The translations under genes and the position numbers were made by a program. A stretch of DNA of 64,000 nucleotides, taken from NCBI GenBank assembly GCA_963667785.2, contig CAXXMU010000001.1, forward strand, positions 1,056,001 to 1,120,000, in the 5' to 3' direction. This stretch comes from Alphaproteobacteria bacterium. GTDB lineage: Bacteria; Pseudomonadota; Alphaproteobacteria; UBA828. Position 1 is the stretch's first letter, and every line of letters begins with the position of its first letter. The notes under the pieces are model-generated. The model did not search any database. It was not told where the DNA came from and worked only from the letters and a program-made list of their open reading frames with translations. Positions 18,256 through 27,508 of this stretch are shown piece by piece.

Positions 18256-18876
18256 TCATCGGCCGGGGCGCGCGGTACCGCCCCGCTTCCGGGCGGCGTG
18301 GGCGATCCGATTCTCTCTCCGAGCGAGAGCCTCCTCGATCTGCTCCTCCCTCGAGCGAAAGAGGTCCTGCCCGGCCGGCGTCATAGAGGCCAGCAGCCGG
18401 TCCATGGTGTTGTCGTGGGGCTCGAGCGTCCCGTCGGCAAGGATATGGGCCACGGCGACGCCGCGTTCGGCCAGGCTGCGGCCGATGAGGATCGTGCGGT
18501 GGCAGTCCAGCGGCTCCTTCTCCGCGCACATGAGCGCGATGCGCTCGTGCCCGGCCGACTCGATCACCTGTTCGAGGCCGTCGCGGTAGAGCGGTGTCTG
18601 CGCCAGGCGGTCGTAGCGGACGCGCCCGTCCTCGTAGCAGGCGTCGTCGTCGGGCCGCCCGCCGAGCGCATGCCCGAGGAACATGTAGGCGATGCCGCGG
18701 GCCGTCAGCGCGGCATCCAGGGCCTTGCGGTTGAACTGCGGATTGAAGCGGCTGTAGGGCGCCGAGCGGACGTCGGCAAGGGCCGTGACGCCATGCCGGC
18801 GCAGGAGCGCCGCGAAGACCTCCAGCGCGTGGGTGGAATGTCCGATCGTCAGCACGACGGGGGGCCCGGCGGCCAT
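18256..18876 (-). CDS. DUF488 domain protein
   Basis: TIGHS, LADVRSAPYSR, LGGRP and LMCAEKEPLDCHR motifs. Confidence 0.88.
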   Translation of the reverse strand: MAAGPPVVLTIGHSTHALEVFAALLRRHGVTALADVRSAPYSRFNPQFNRKALDAALTARGIAYMFLGHALGGRPDDDACYEDGRVRYDRLAQTPLYRDGLEQVIESAGHERIALMCAEKEPLDCHRTILIGRSLAERGVAVAHILADGTLEPHDNTMDRLLASMTPAGQDLFRSREEQIEEALARRENRIAHAARKRGGTARPGR

Positions 18877-19002
18877 GGCTCATCCTCCCCGCCGGCACGC
18901 CGGGCGCGGGAGCGTGAGCGGTGCGCCGACGCGATGGCGTTTCCGCCGGCGATGTGGTGAGGTGCGCAGGCCGAGACGACACACGGCCGGAGGAGGGGAA
19001 CG

Positions 19003-19428
19003 ATGACGCATGACGCCACGCCGGCGGGTCTGGAGGCGGCCTTTCACGCCTGGGCGCGCGGGCTCAACGAGGGCGACCTCGATGCCTTCTGGAGCGCGAT
19101 CGACGACGGCGCCGAGATTCTGGACGAGGACTATCCCTGGCGGATGACCAAGGCGGAATTCGTCGACCACATCGACTTCCACGCCGGCGGCGCGGGGCTC
19201 TGGGAGCACTTCAAGTGGATCCCGCGCGAGCTGAACTTCAAGGTCTGGGGCACCACCGGGCATGTCAGCGGCTTCTCGACCTTTCGCGGCAAGCCGCGCG
19301 ACGCGGGCTTCCGCCAGCGCTTCATGGGCTTCACCCAGACCTGGTACCACGAGAACGGCACCTGGCTGCAAGTGTGCTGGCACCAGAGCCCGTTGCTCGG
19401 CCGCATCGAGGGCGCCTCGCCGAGCTGA
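19003..19428 (+). CDS. NTF2/SnoaL-like protein
   Basis: WARGLNEGDLDAF at the N-terminus and FTQTW...W...WHQS at the C-terminus; GGAGG RBS. Confidence 0.75.
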   Translation: MTHDATPAGLEAAFHAWARGLNEGDLDAFWSAIDDGAEILDEDYPWRMTKAEFVDHIDFHAGGAGLWEHFKWIPRELNFKVWGTTGHVSGFSTFRGKPRDAGFRQRFMGFTQTWYHENGTWLQVCWHQSPLLGRIEGASPS

Positions 19429-19458
19429 CGGGCTTGTGCCGGGGGCGTCCCCCGTGCG

Positions 19459-20379
19459 CTACACCAGGGACTCGAAGAAGGCGAGGCACTGGCGCCCGAG
19501 CGGCCGCCTGCGCCCCTTCTCCGTGAGCACGGCGTAGTAGCTGTTGTCGGTCTCGAGGAACTGGTCGGTGAGCGCGACCAGGGATCCGGATTCGAGGAAC
19601 TGCTCGCCGAAATGGCGCCAGCCCATGGCGATGCCGTTTCCGGCCGCCGCGGCCTCCAGCACGTACATGTAGCTGTCATAGTCCACGTACCGGGGCGGGG
19701 CGTCCGGGCGCCCCACGGTCTTGAACCAATCGGCCCACGAGAGCCAGCCCTCGTTGGGTCGCGCAAGATCGAGGAAGGTCAGCCCGTCCCAGCCCGTCAC
19801 GGGACCGCGCAGGGTGTCCGAATGAAGAGCGGCATAGCCCGGCGAGCAGACCGGCCGGACCGCCTCCCTGAAGATGAGCGCGCGGTCCTCGGGTTCGGCG
19901 GTCTCCGCGTTCCAGGCCAGGAGCACGTCGGCGGCCGGCTCGGGCGGCAGGTGTTCGACGCTGTAGTGATAGGTGAGGATCCGTACCCGCACCTGCTCGC
20001 CGAGCACGTCCCTGAGAGCGTCGTAGCGCGGCAACAGGAAAAGTTGCGATACTTCGTCCGAACAGCCGATCGCGATCTCCACCCGCTCGTCGCTCGCGAG
20101 ATCCGCGACTTCCGCTGCGCCCGCGTGAATCGCGCCGAGTCCGATAGACACGGCCTCGCGGTAGCGGCTCCCGGCATCGGTCAGTCTCACCCCGGTCCGG
20201 GACCGCTCGAACAGCCGGATGGCCAGCCGCTTCTCCAGGCTCGCGATGTGGCGGCTGATGGCGGACTGCGACGTGCGAAGTTCACGCGCTGCCCGCGAGA
20301 AGTTGCCGTGGCGTGCGGCGCACTCGAAAGCGATCAGGGCGCTCGTCGGAGGAACACGATACGGACCATGGTCTCGCAT
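19459..20379 (-). CDS. LysR family transcriptional regulator (GcvA-like)
   Basis: ALIAFECAARHGNFSRAARELRTSQSAISRHI HTH; AAAGNGIAMGW. Confidence 0.92.
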   Translation of the reverse strand: MRDHGPYRVPPTSALIAFECAARHGNFSRAARELRTSQSAISRHIASLEKRLAIRLFERSRTGVRLTDAGSRYREAVSIGLGAIHAGAAEVADLASDERVEIAIGCSDEVSQLFLLPRYDALRDVLGEQVRVRILTYHYSVEHLPPEPAADVLLAWNAETAEPEDRALIFREAVRPVCSPGYAALHSDTLRGPVTGWDGLTFLDLARPNEGWLSWADWFKTVGRPDAPPRYVDYDSYMYVLEAAAAGNGIAMGWRHFGEQFLESGSLVALTDQFLETDNSYYAVLTEKGRRRPLGRQCLAFFESLV

Positions 20380-20390
20380 GCCTGATTTGA

Positions 20391-20405
20391 TATGTGAATC
20401 TCATA
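20391..20405. promoter_or_regulatory. Candidate LysR binding site in an AT-rich divergent promoter region
   Basis: Dyad TATG-N7-CATA just upstream of the lysR start; the 20385-20530 region is markedly AT-rich. Confidence 0.45.
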
Positions 20406-20659
20406 CCGATATCAATAATTCATCGTGCGAAAATCACATCGACACGTAGTATATCATAAACGACATAGCATTTTACATATGAACGATAGGATAAGACCTG
20501 CGATGCTGTATGGCTATGTTGATGCTGGATATTGGCATGTCTTGGTCGAGAGAGGGTTCTGGAATCTCCAAGACTGCCGGCGCTCCCGACCGGCGCGGCG
20601 CCGCCACGCCGTTCATGGCCGGCGGGCATAACACCTGCATCCGACACTGGAGGACGGGG

Positions 20660-21688
20660 ATGAACGTCAAGAAGATTGCAGGCGCCGTCGCGGTGGCCGC
20701 CGTTCTGGTCGCTGTCGGCCTCCTGCCGGCCCATGCAGCCACGCTGGACGACGTGAGGGACGACGACAGGCTCCGGTGCGGCATCAATCCGGGCCTGCCG
20801 GGCTTTTCCCACACCGACGACGCGGGCAACTGGTCCGGCTTCGAGATCGCCTACTGCCGGGCGCTGGCGGCCGCCGTCCTCGGTGATGCGGACAAGGTCT
20901 CCTACGTCACGCTGACCGGCAAGACGCGCTTCCCGGCGCTGGCGTCCGGCGAGGTCGACGTGCTCTCGCGCAACACCACCTGGACCTTCTCGCGCGATGT
21001 CGACCTCGGCTTCACCTTCGTCGGCATCAACTACTATGACGGCCAGGGCTTCATCGGCCGCACGGCGCTGGAGGTGGCGAGCGCCATGGAGCTCGACGGC
21101 GCCTCGGTCTGCATCCAGACCGGCACCACCACCGAGCTCAACCTGGCGGACTTCTTCCGTGTCAACGGCATCACCTACGAGCCGGTGCCGCTCGAGACCA
21201 ACGCCGAGGCCCGTGCGGCCTACGAGGCCGAGCGCTGCGACGTCTACACGACCGATGCCTCGGGCCTCGCGGCGACGCGGACCACCTTCGACGACCCGGA
21301 CGCGCACATGGTGCTCCCCGAGATCGTCTCGAAGGAGCCGCTCGGGCCGCTGGTGCGCCAGGGCGACGACCAGTGGGCGGATATCGCGCGCTGGACGCTG
21401 AACGCGCTGATCACGGCCGAGGAGCTTGGCGTGACCCAGGCGAACGTGGCGGAGATGGCGAACGGGACGGATCATCCGGAGATCAACCGGATGCTCGGCT
21501 CGGAAGGCTCTCTGGGCGAGATGCTGGGCCTCGACGCGCAGTGGGCGGTCCGTGCGATCGCGGCGGAGGGCAACTACGCCGAGATCTTCGACCGCTACCT
21601 GGGCGCCGGCAGTCCGCTCGCCCTGCCGCGCGGCCTGAGTGCCCTCCATCGCGACGGCGGCATCCTCTATTCGCCTCCATTCCGCTGA
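20660..21688 (+). CDS. aapJ: General L-amino acid ABC transporter substrate-binding protein (AapJ/BztA family)
   Basis: RFPALASGEVDVLSRNTTWTFSRD, YYDGQGF, SKEPLGP and GILYSPPFR motifs. Confidence 0.9.
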   Translation: MNVKKIAGAVAVAAVLVAVGLLPAHAATLDDVRDDDRLRCGINPGLPGFSHTDDAGNWSGFEIAYCRALAAAVLGDADKVSYVTLTGKTRFPALASGEVDVLSRNTTWTFSRDVDLGFTFVGINYYDGQGFIGRTALEVASAMELDGASVCIQTGTTTELNLADFFRVNGITYEPVPLETNAEARAAYEAERCDVYTTDASGLAATRTTFDDPDAHMVLPEIVSKEPLGPLVRQGDDQWADIARWTLNALITAEELGVTQANVAEMANGTDHPEINRMLGSEGSLGEMLGLDAQWAVRAIAAEGNYAEIFDRYLGAGSPLALPRGLSALHRDGGILYSPPFR

Positions 21689-21840
21689 GCGGCTGCGCGC
21701 ACGCAGCACGGCGCCCCGACGACCGGCCTTGGCGCGAGGCGGCGCTCGGTGTACACGGGCTCGGGTTTCATACGCTGCCTTGACAGAGCCTTGGGGGACG
21801 CGTCCCGGACAGGGACGGCGCGTAGCCGCAGGGGAGGACC

Positions 21841-22689
21841 ATGGACGCTTCCGGGCCCGCCGGAACGAGCGCTGCCGATGCCATGCCCTCGGCGCGGGCC
21901 GATATGCCCGATATGTCAGGCAGCTACGAGCTGTACATCTCGTCGGGCCTCTACGATCGGCGTTATCCGCACCCCAACAGGCGCACCCTGCGACTGGTGA
22001 AGCGCCGCCTTCGCGGGGGAGGGCGCTTCCTCGATGTCGGCGGCGGTACCGGCCGCTACACCCTGCCGCTTCTGCAGATGGCGGGAACGAGCGGTGTGGC
22101 GCACGACATCTGTCCGGTCGCCCGCAACACGATGGCGGAGCGCATGAGCGCTTTCGTGCGCGACGGACGACTCGTCATCCGGGGCGAGGACCCGGAGACC
22201 ATGGCCGCCGCCTATCCGCGCGAATTCGATCTCGGGCTGCTCGCCTTCGGAGTCCTGGCGCACGTTCCCGGACGCGACGAGCGGCTGCGCCTGCTACGGG
22301 CCGTATGCGACATGGTGAAGCCGGAGGGAACGGTCATCCTCAGCGTGCCGAACGCGCGGCGCCGGTTTCTGGCCGAGCAGCGGGCCGCGGTCTCCCTGGT
22401 GAGGGCCGGCGAGCTCGAGCCCGGCGACATCCTCTACGAGCGCGGTCACGGCGGCGACGCGATCCGGATGTTCTATCATCTCTACACTCTCGACGAGGTG
22501 CATCGGGACCTCGCGGCGGCAGGCCTGCGGGTCGAGAGCGTCGAGCCCGAGAGCCTGCTCTCCGAAAGGACCGTCGTCAGCGACCCGGTGCTCGGCCGCC
22601 TGGACGATCTGGCCTGCAGCATCGCGCCTGCCACTCTCGGCTACGACCTGCTCGCCGTCGCCCGGCCGCAACCGGCCGGTGCACGGTGA
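21841..22689 (+). CDS. Class I SAM-dependent methyltransferase
   Basis: FLDVGGGTGRY motif I; VKPEGTVILSVPN; GGAGG RBS. Confidence 0.85.
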   Translation: MDASGPAGTSAADAMPSARADMPDMSGSYELYISSGLYDRRYPHPNRRTLRLVKRRLRGGGRFLDVGGGTGRYTLPLLQMAGTSGVAHDICPVARNTMAERMSAFVRDGRLVIRGEDPETMAAAYPREFDLGLLAFGVLAHVPGRDERLRLLRAVCDMVKPEGTVILSVPNARRRFLAEQRAAVSLVRAGELEPGDILYERGHGGDAIRMFYHLYTLDEVHRDLAAAGLRVESVEPESLLSERTVVSDPVLGRLDDLACSIAPATLGYDLLAVARPQPAGAR

Positions 22690-22707
22690 CGGAGAGCGCC
22701 CCCGGCG

Positions 22708-23430
22708 ATGACCGTCGCGGGCGAGCGCTGGTGGAACCTGTGGCGCGACGTCGACGGCACCACCATCCTCCATGTGGACCTCGCGCCGGATGACGCGCGC
22801 GAGAGGCGCGCCGCAGCCCTCCTCGACGAGGAGGAGGCGGCCCGCCTCGGCCGCATCCTCTCGGCGCGCCGCCGGCGCGAGTTCGTCCTCTGCCGGGCGG
22901 CGCTTCGCGTTGCCCTCGCGGAGCGGCTGGGCTGCGCCGCCCGCCGGCTCTCGTTCGGCTACGGCGAGCACGGCAAGCCCTTCGCCGAGATGGACGGCCG
23001 CCGCGCGGACGCCGGCTTCAACGTCAGCCACAGCGGCCGGCACGGCCTGATCGCGCTGGCGGCGCACGACGCGCTCGGCGTCGATCTCGAGGAGCGCGTC
23101 CCGCGCCAGGATCTCGACGGCATCGGCAGCCTGGTCTACGGCCCGGCGGAGCGGCGTGCGCTGGCGCGCGCCGACGGGCCGGAGAAGGTGCACCTCTTCT
23201 ATCGCCTGTGGAGCATGAAGGAGGCGCTCATCAAGGCCGTCGGCGCCGGATTCTCGCTCAACCCGTCGGCCTTCGAGGTGCCGGAGCCGATGCTGCGCGG
23301 CGGGCGCTCGGGCCGCTTCCGCTTCCCCCATGCGCCCTCGGATAGCTGGCGCCTGCTCGACCTGGGGGGAGAGGGCTTCGCCGCCGCGCTCGCCTACCGG
23401 ATGCGCGCTCCGGGCCGATCCGGCGCTTGA
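22708..23430 (+). CDS. Sfp-type 4'-phosphopantetheinyl transferase
   Basis: GKP, FNVSHS, LGVDLE and WSMKEALIKAVG motifs. Confidence 0.92.
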   Translation: MTVAGERWWNLWRDVDGTTILHVDLAPDDARERRAAALLDEEEAARLGRILSARRRREFVLCRAALRVALAERLGCAARRLSFGYGEHGKPFAEMDGRRADAGFNVSHSGRHGLIALAAHDALGVDLEERVPRQDLDGIGSLVYGPAERRALARADGPEKVHLFYRLWSMKEALIKAVGAGFSLNPSAFEVPEPMLRGGRSGRFRFPHAPSDSWRLLDLGGEGFAAALAYRMRAPGRSGA

Positions 23431-23490
23431 CCCGCCGGCGGCGCCTGCCACTCTGAGGCGAGGCAGGGCCGCAGCAGGGAGCGACGAGCG

Positions 23491-24336
23491 ATGGAAGGGA
23501 AGCTCTGCATCGTCACCGGCGCCACCGACGGGATCGGCCGCGTCACCGCGCGGGCGCTGGCCGAGCGGGGGGCCGAGGTGGTGCTCGTCGGGCGCAACGC
23601 GGCCAAGGGCGCGGAGGTCTGCAAGGCGATCCACCGCTCGTCGCGCAACGACCGGGTGCGCTTCGAGCAGGCCGATCTCTCGAGCCAGGCCGAGATCAGG
23701 GCGCTGGCGGAGCGGCTCGCCGCAGGCGGCGCCGCGATCGACGTGCTGGTCAACAATGTCGGCGCGCTCTTCAACCGCCGCCGCGAGAGCGTCGACGGGA
23801 TCGAGATGACCTTCGCCCTCAATCATCTGGGCTACTTCCTGCTGACCGGGCTGCTGCTGGAGAGCCTGAAGGCGAGTACTGCGGCCCGCATCGTCAACGT
23901 CGCCTCCCAGGCCCACCGCGGCGGGCGCATGGACTTCGACGACCCGCAGGGGGCGAGGCGCTACCGCGGGATGCGCGCCTACAGCCAGAGCAAGCTCGCC
24001 AACATCCTCTTCACCTACCGCCTCGCCGCGCTGCTGGAGGGGACGCCGGTGACGGTCAACTGCCTGCACCCCGGCTTCGTCGCCAGCGCGTTCGGCCAGG
24101 ACAACGGCTGGCTCTTCAACACGGTGCTGAAGGTGGTGATGCGGCTGTCGGCCATCGACGTGGAAGCCGGCGCGCGCACCAGCGTCCATGTCGCGACCAG
24201 CGCCGAGGTCGCAGGCGTCTCGGGCTGCTACTTCGACCAGTGCCGCGAAGCCACGAGCTCGCTCGCCTCCCGCGACGAGGAGAGCGGGCGGCGGCTGTGG
24301 GAGCTGAGCGAGAGCCTCACCGGCCATCGCTACTAG
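23491..24336 (+). CDS. Short-chain dehydrogenase (retinol dehydrogenase / WWOX-like)
   Basis: TGATDGIG, FALNHLGYFLL, YSQSK and LHPG motifs. Confidence 0.92.
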   Translation: MEGKLCIVTGATDGIGRVTARALAERGAEVVLVGRNAAKGAEVCKAIHRSSRNDRVRFEQADLSSQAEIRALAERLAAGGAAIDVLVNNVGALFNRRRESVDGIEMTFALNHLGYFLLTGLLLESLKASTAARIVNVASQAHRGGRMDFDDPQGARRYRGMRAYSQSKLANILFTYRLAALLEGTPVTVNCLHPGFVASAFGQDNGWLFNTVLKVVMRLSAIDVEAGARTSVHVATSAEVAGVSGCYFDQCREATSSLASRDEESGRRLWELSESLTGHRY

Positions 24337-24500
24337 GCCGGACTTCTCACCGGGGTCGCGACCAGCGCGACTCTCTCTGCCGCGCTCGCGACCCTTCGGG
24401 CGCGAGCGACCCCGCACCATGGTGCGGTGCACGGCGCGCGGCGCGGGTGCAACGATCGCGTCATGCGGCGGAAGAACCAGCCACGGCAGCCGGAGTGAAC

Positions 24501-24656
24501 GGGAAAGATGCCCGGCGCCAGCCCGTGGTCGTGGGATTCATCCCGGAAACCCGCCCGGATATCCCAGCGGAATCCCACCTTCTTCGGAAAATGTCCCGCG
24601 CGGAATCCCTTGCCATCCCGGCGAATCCCGCATGCCCCTCCTTTTTGGCGAATCCC
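24501..24656. repeat. Array of short (G)GAATCCC / ATCCC-like motifs
   Basis: About 10 copies ending at 24544, 24556, 24565, 24576, 24597, 24609, 24619, 24629, 24637 and 24656. Confidence 0.6.
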
Positions 24657-24799
24657 ACTTTCGGTCGCCACATCAGGGCGCGATGCTCTGCCCCCATCGC
24701 GTCGTGGCCGGGCATGACGAGAGCAGGGCGGGCATGACGGTGCGTGGGTGAGAGCGCGCCGCGCGTCCCCGGCCGCGCAGAACGGTCGGGAGGGGGACG

Positions 24800-24848
24800 C
24801 TAGAGCAAATTCTGGCCAGACGGGGCACGTCCGGTTGTCGCATGCTCC
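24800..24848. repeat. Single arm of a CTAGAGC-ended palindromic MITE-like repeat
   Basis: CTAGAGCAAATTC...GCATGCTC; the terminus matches the element at 31949-32127. Confidence 0.45.
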
Positions 24849-24873
24849 CCCGTTCGTATGCAGTGGGGCTGAA

Positions 24874-25055
24874 GACTCCCCCACCTCTCCCCGGCCCTCT
24901 CCGCCCCCTTCCATGTTCCCTCAGTCGCCGGGCGCTCGCTCCGCGAGCTTGGCTACCGCGCCTTGCGGCGCGAGGGGGCGGAGAGGGAGAGCAGCCGGCG
25001 CCGCCTGCGTTCCCCCTCCGCCTTTGGGGGAGGGGGACAGGGGGAGGTGGGAGTC
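24874..25055. repeat. CCCTCTCC/GGAGAGGG-type palindromic REP-like element
   Basis: Terminal inverted repeats GACTCCCCCACCTC / GAGGTGGGAGTC; internal arms CCCTCTCCGCCCC / GGGGCGGAGAGGG and CCCCCTCC / GGAGGGGG. Confidence 0.65.
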
Positions 25056-25093
25056 GCTCAAGCCGTGGTGACCCGGCGCGGTCGGATATTGCT

Positions 25094-26038
25094 CTAATCC
25101 CCGCTGTCGCGGCGGGCGTCGCGGAGGTGCGCCGCGAGCCCCATCAGGCGCCGATCGCGCCACGCCTGACGCTCGCCGTGCGCCGCCATCGGCAGGCGGG
25201 CCCTGCGCTGGTCGTGCGCCTCGGCGACCACCGCATCCGACAGCGGTGCGGCCGGCTCGCCCTGCCTGACGAACTCGTAGAAGCCGTCGCCGAGGCGGGC
25301 GCAGAAGTCGGTGAGGCCGCCCGGCGCGTTGAGGTCGATGGTCTCGAACGGCCCGATGAAGGCCCAGCGGCGGCCGAGGCCGGCGGAGATCGTCGTGTCG
25401 ATGTCCTCCGCGCTGGCGTAGCCGCCCTCCAGCAGACGGAAGGCCTCCCAGAGCAGCGCCGCCTGCAGCCGGTTGGCGATGAAGCCGTCGATCTCCCGCG
25501 TGAGCCGGACGGGCTTCATGCCGGCCGCCTCCATCAGCGCCCAGCAGCGGGAGACCGTCGCCTCCTCGGTCCAGGGCGCCGGCACCATCTCCACCAGCGG
25601 GATCACGTAGGGCGGGTTGATGGGATGGGCGATGAGGCAGCGCGGGCCGATGCCGAGGCCCTCGGTGAAGGTCGAGCAGGGAATGCCGGAGGACGACGAG
25701 CCGACGACGAGGTCGGGCCCGGCGACGCCGTCGATCTCGGCGTAGACCGCGCGCTTCACGTCGGCGCGCTCGAACACGCTCTCCTGGGCGTAGGTCGCGC
25801 CGTCCAGCGCGTCGGCGAGGTTTGCGGCGGTGGCGATGCGCGCTCTGGCGGCGGCCGGGTCGTCGATCAGCCCGTGGCCCTCGAGCGCTTCGAGGTTGGT
25901 CTCGATGCGCGCGAGCGCGGCCGCGCACTGGCCTTCCGTGTCGTCGTAGAGCGCGACCTCGTGGCCCGCGCGGGCGAAGACGATCGCCCAGGCGCTGCCC
26001 ACCAGGCCGGCGCCGATGATCGCGATCTTCTCGGACAT
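25094..26038 (-). CDS. 3-hydroxyacyl-CoA dehydrogenase family protein (lambda-crystallin / L-gulonate / carnitine dehydrogenase-like)
   Basis: GAGLVG, QESVFE, SSSSG, AHPINPPY and GFIANRLQ motifs. Confidence 0.88.
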   Translation of the reverse strand: MSEKIAIIGAGLVGSAWAIVFARAGHEVALYDDTEGQCAAALARIETNLEALEGHGLIDDPAAARARIATAANLADALDGATYAQESVFERADVKRAVYAEIDGVAGPDLVVGSSSSGIPCSTFTEGLGIGPRCLIAHPINPPYVIPLVEMVPAPWTEEATVSRCWALMEAAGMKPVRLTREIDGFIANRLQAALLWEAFRLLEGGYASAEDIDTTISAGLGRRWAFIGPFETIDLNAPGGLTDFCARLGDGFYEFVRQGEPAAPLSDAVVAEAHDQRRARLPMAAHGERQAWRDRRLMGLAAHLRDARRDSGD

Positions 26039-26048
26039 GGCGCTCTCC

Positions 26049-27107
26049 TCAGGCGGCTGCGTCCGCGATGCGGCTGAAGGCGGCGAGCGAGGTCTCGATC
26101 GCCTCCCGGTCGAGGCCGTCGACGATGAAGACGATGTGCGAGCGGCGGTCGTCCCCCGGCCAGGCGGCGAGGTGGATCGGCGGGTGGACGACGTGCTGCA
26201 CGCCGTTGACGATCACCGGCGCGTCCGTGCCGGCGACGTTGAGGATGCCCTTCACGCGCAACACGCGCTCGCCGTGGGTGTGGAGCAGCATGGTCAGCCA
26301 GATGCCGAAGGCGGTCCAGTCGAGCGCGCCCTCGAAGCTGAGCGTGAAGGAGTGGATGGTCTCGTCGTGGCGGGAGACGTCGTGAACGTGGCCCCGCGCG
26401 TGGTCGTGGTCATGGTCGTCGGCCGCCTCGTCGGCCTCGGTCGCGAGCCAGCGTCGCACCTCGGCGCCCTTGGTGCGCGAGTCGTAGACGTCGGCCCGCA
26501 GCAGGCGCCGCACGTCGACCGCGCCGTTCACCGCGGTGATTCGCTCGGCGGTGCGGTTGAGCCGCGCGAGTCGTGCGTCGAGTCGGGCCAGCGTCCCGGC
26601 CTCGGCGATGTCGGACTTGGTCAGCACGATCCTGTCCGCGACCGTCGCCTGCTTGACCGATTCCGGATGGCGGTCGAGCTGGCCGAGCCCGTTCACGCCG
26701 TCGACGGTCGTGATGACCGTGCCGAGCCGGTAGTGGTGCTTCAGCACCGTGTCGGCGCTGAGGGTGAAGAGGATCGGCGCCGGGTCCGCGAGCCCCGTGG
26801 TCTCGACGATCAGCCGCCGGTAGGGCGGAATCTCGCCGCGCGCCCGCCGGCTGTTGAGGTCGATGATCGAGTCCTTGAGATCGCCCCGGATGGTGCAGCA
26901 GAGGCAGCCGCTCTCCAGCAGCACGGTGTTCTCGTCCATCGCCTCGACCAGGAAGTGATCGAGGCCGACGGCGCCGAACTCGTTCACCAGTACCGCGGCG
27001 TCGGCGAGCGAGGGGTGGCGCAGCATGTGGTTGAGCAGCGTCGTCTTGCCGCTGCCGAGGAACCCGGTGACGACGATGACCGGGGTCAGTTGCGCGTAGG
27101 CTGCCAT
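26049..27107 (-). CDS. COG0523/CobW family GTPase metallochaperone
   Basis: GFLGSGKTT, NEFG, GCLCC and ETTG motifs; His-rich DHDHDHARGHVHD linker; CobW_C domain. Confidence 0.93.
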   Translation of the reverse strand: MAAYAQLTPVIVVTGFLGSGKTTLLNHMLRHPSLADAAVLVNEFGAVGLDHFLVEAMDENTVLLESGCLCCTIRGDLKDSIIDLNSRRARGEIPPYRRLIVETTGLADPAPILFTLSADTVLKHHYRLGTVITTVDGVNGLGQLDRHPESVKQATVADRIVLTKSDIAEAGTLARLDARLARLNRTAERITAVNGAVDVRRLLRADVYDSRTKGAEVRRWLATEADEAADDHDHDHARGHVHDVSRHDETIHSFTLSFEGALDWTAFGIWLTMLLHTHGERVLRVKGILNVAGTDAPVIVNGVQHVVHPPIHLAAWPGDDRRSHIVFIVDGLDREAIETSLAAFSRIADAAA

Positions 27108-27490
27108 CGCGCCTGCGTCCGCCGGCCCCGCGCGCTACGCCCGTCCGGGGCGGCCGCACCCTCGGCCTCGGCGTCGAGCGCCGCCACCAGGGCGGGGTCG
27201 AGCGGGTCCGGCGCCCGCCCCGTCAGCCCCTCGACCGCGGCCCAGAGCCGGGGCAGGTCGGCCGCCATCTCGGTGGCACCCCCGCTCCGCCTGTGCACCA
27301 TGTAATGCGCGCCGGCCCAGTCGTCGGCGGTGCAGCCGTAGGCCGCGAGCACCCGGTTCAGCAGCGCGAGCCGCCAGGTGCGCTCGAGGTGGCGGGCGCG
27401 GCCGGCCGGCGCCGTGCCGCTCCGGCCCGCATCGGTGCCTGCCTCGGTCCAGTGCGGGCCGTCGGTGAGCACGCCGCAGAGCGCGCACAT
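27086..27490 (-). CDS. Small hypothetical protein with an N-terminal MCxxCG motif
   Basis: MCALCGVL...HW...DPLDP; lies 18 bp after the deacetylase stop and overlaps the COG0523 start. Confidence 0.7.
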   Translation of the reverse strand: MCALCGVLTDGPHWTEAGTDAGRSGTAPAGRARHLERTWRLALLNRVLAAYGCTADDWAGAHYMVHRRSGGATEMAADLPRLWAAVEGLTGRAPDPLDPALVAALDAEAEGAAAPDGRSARGRRTQARWQPTRN

Positions 27491-27508
27491 CGCGGGCCGC
27501 CGGGCTAC

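Noticed and set aside
24337-25093. Possible CRISPR array or protein-coding ORFs in the long intergenic region
   Set aside because: No constant-length repeats with spacers and no cas genes; the ORFs have no recognisable motifs
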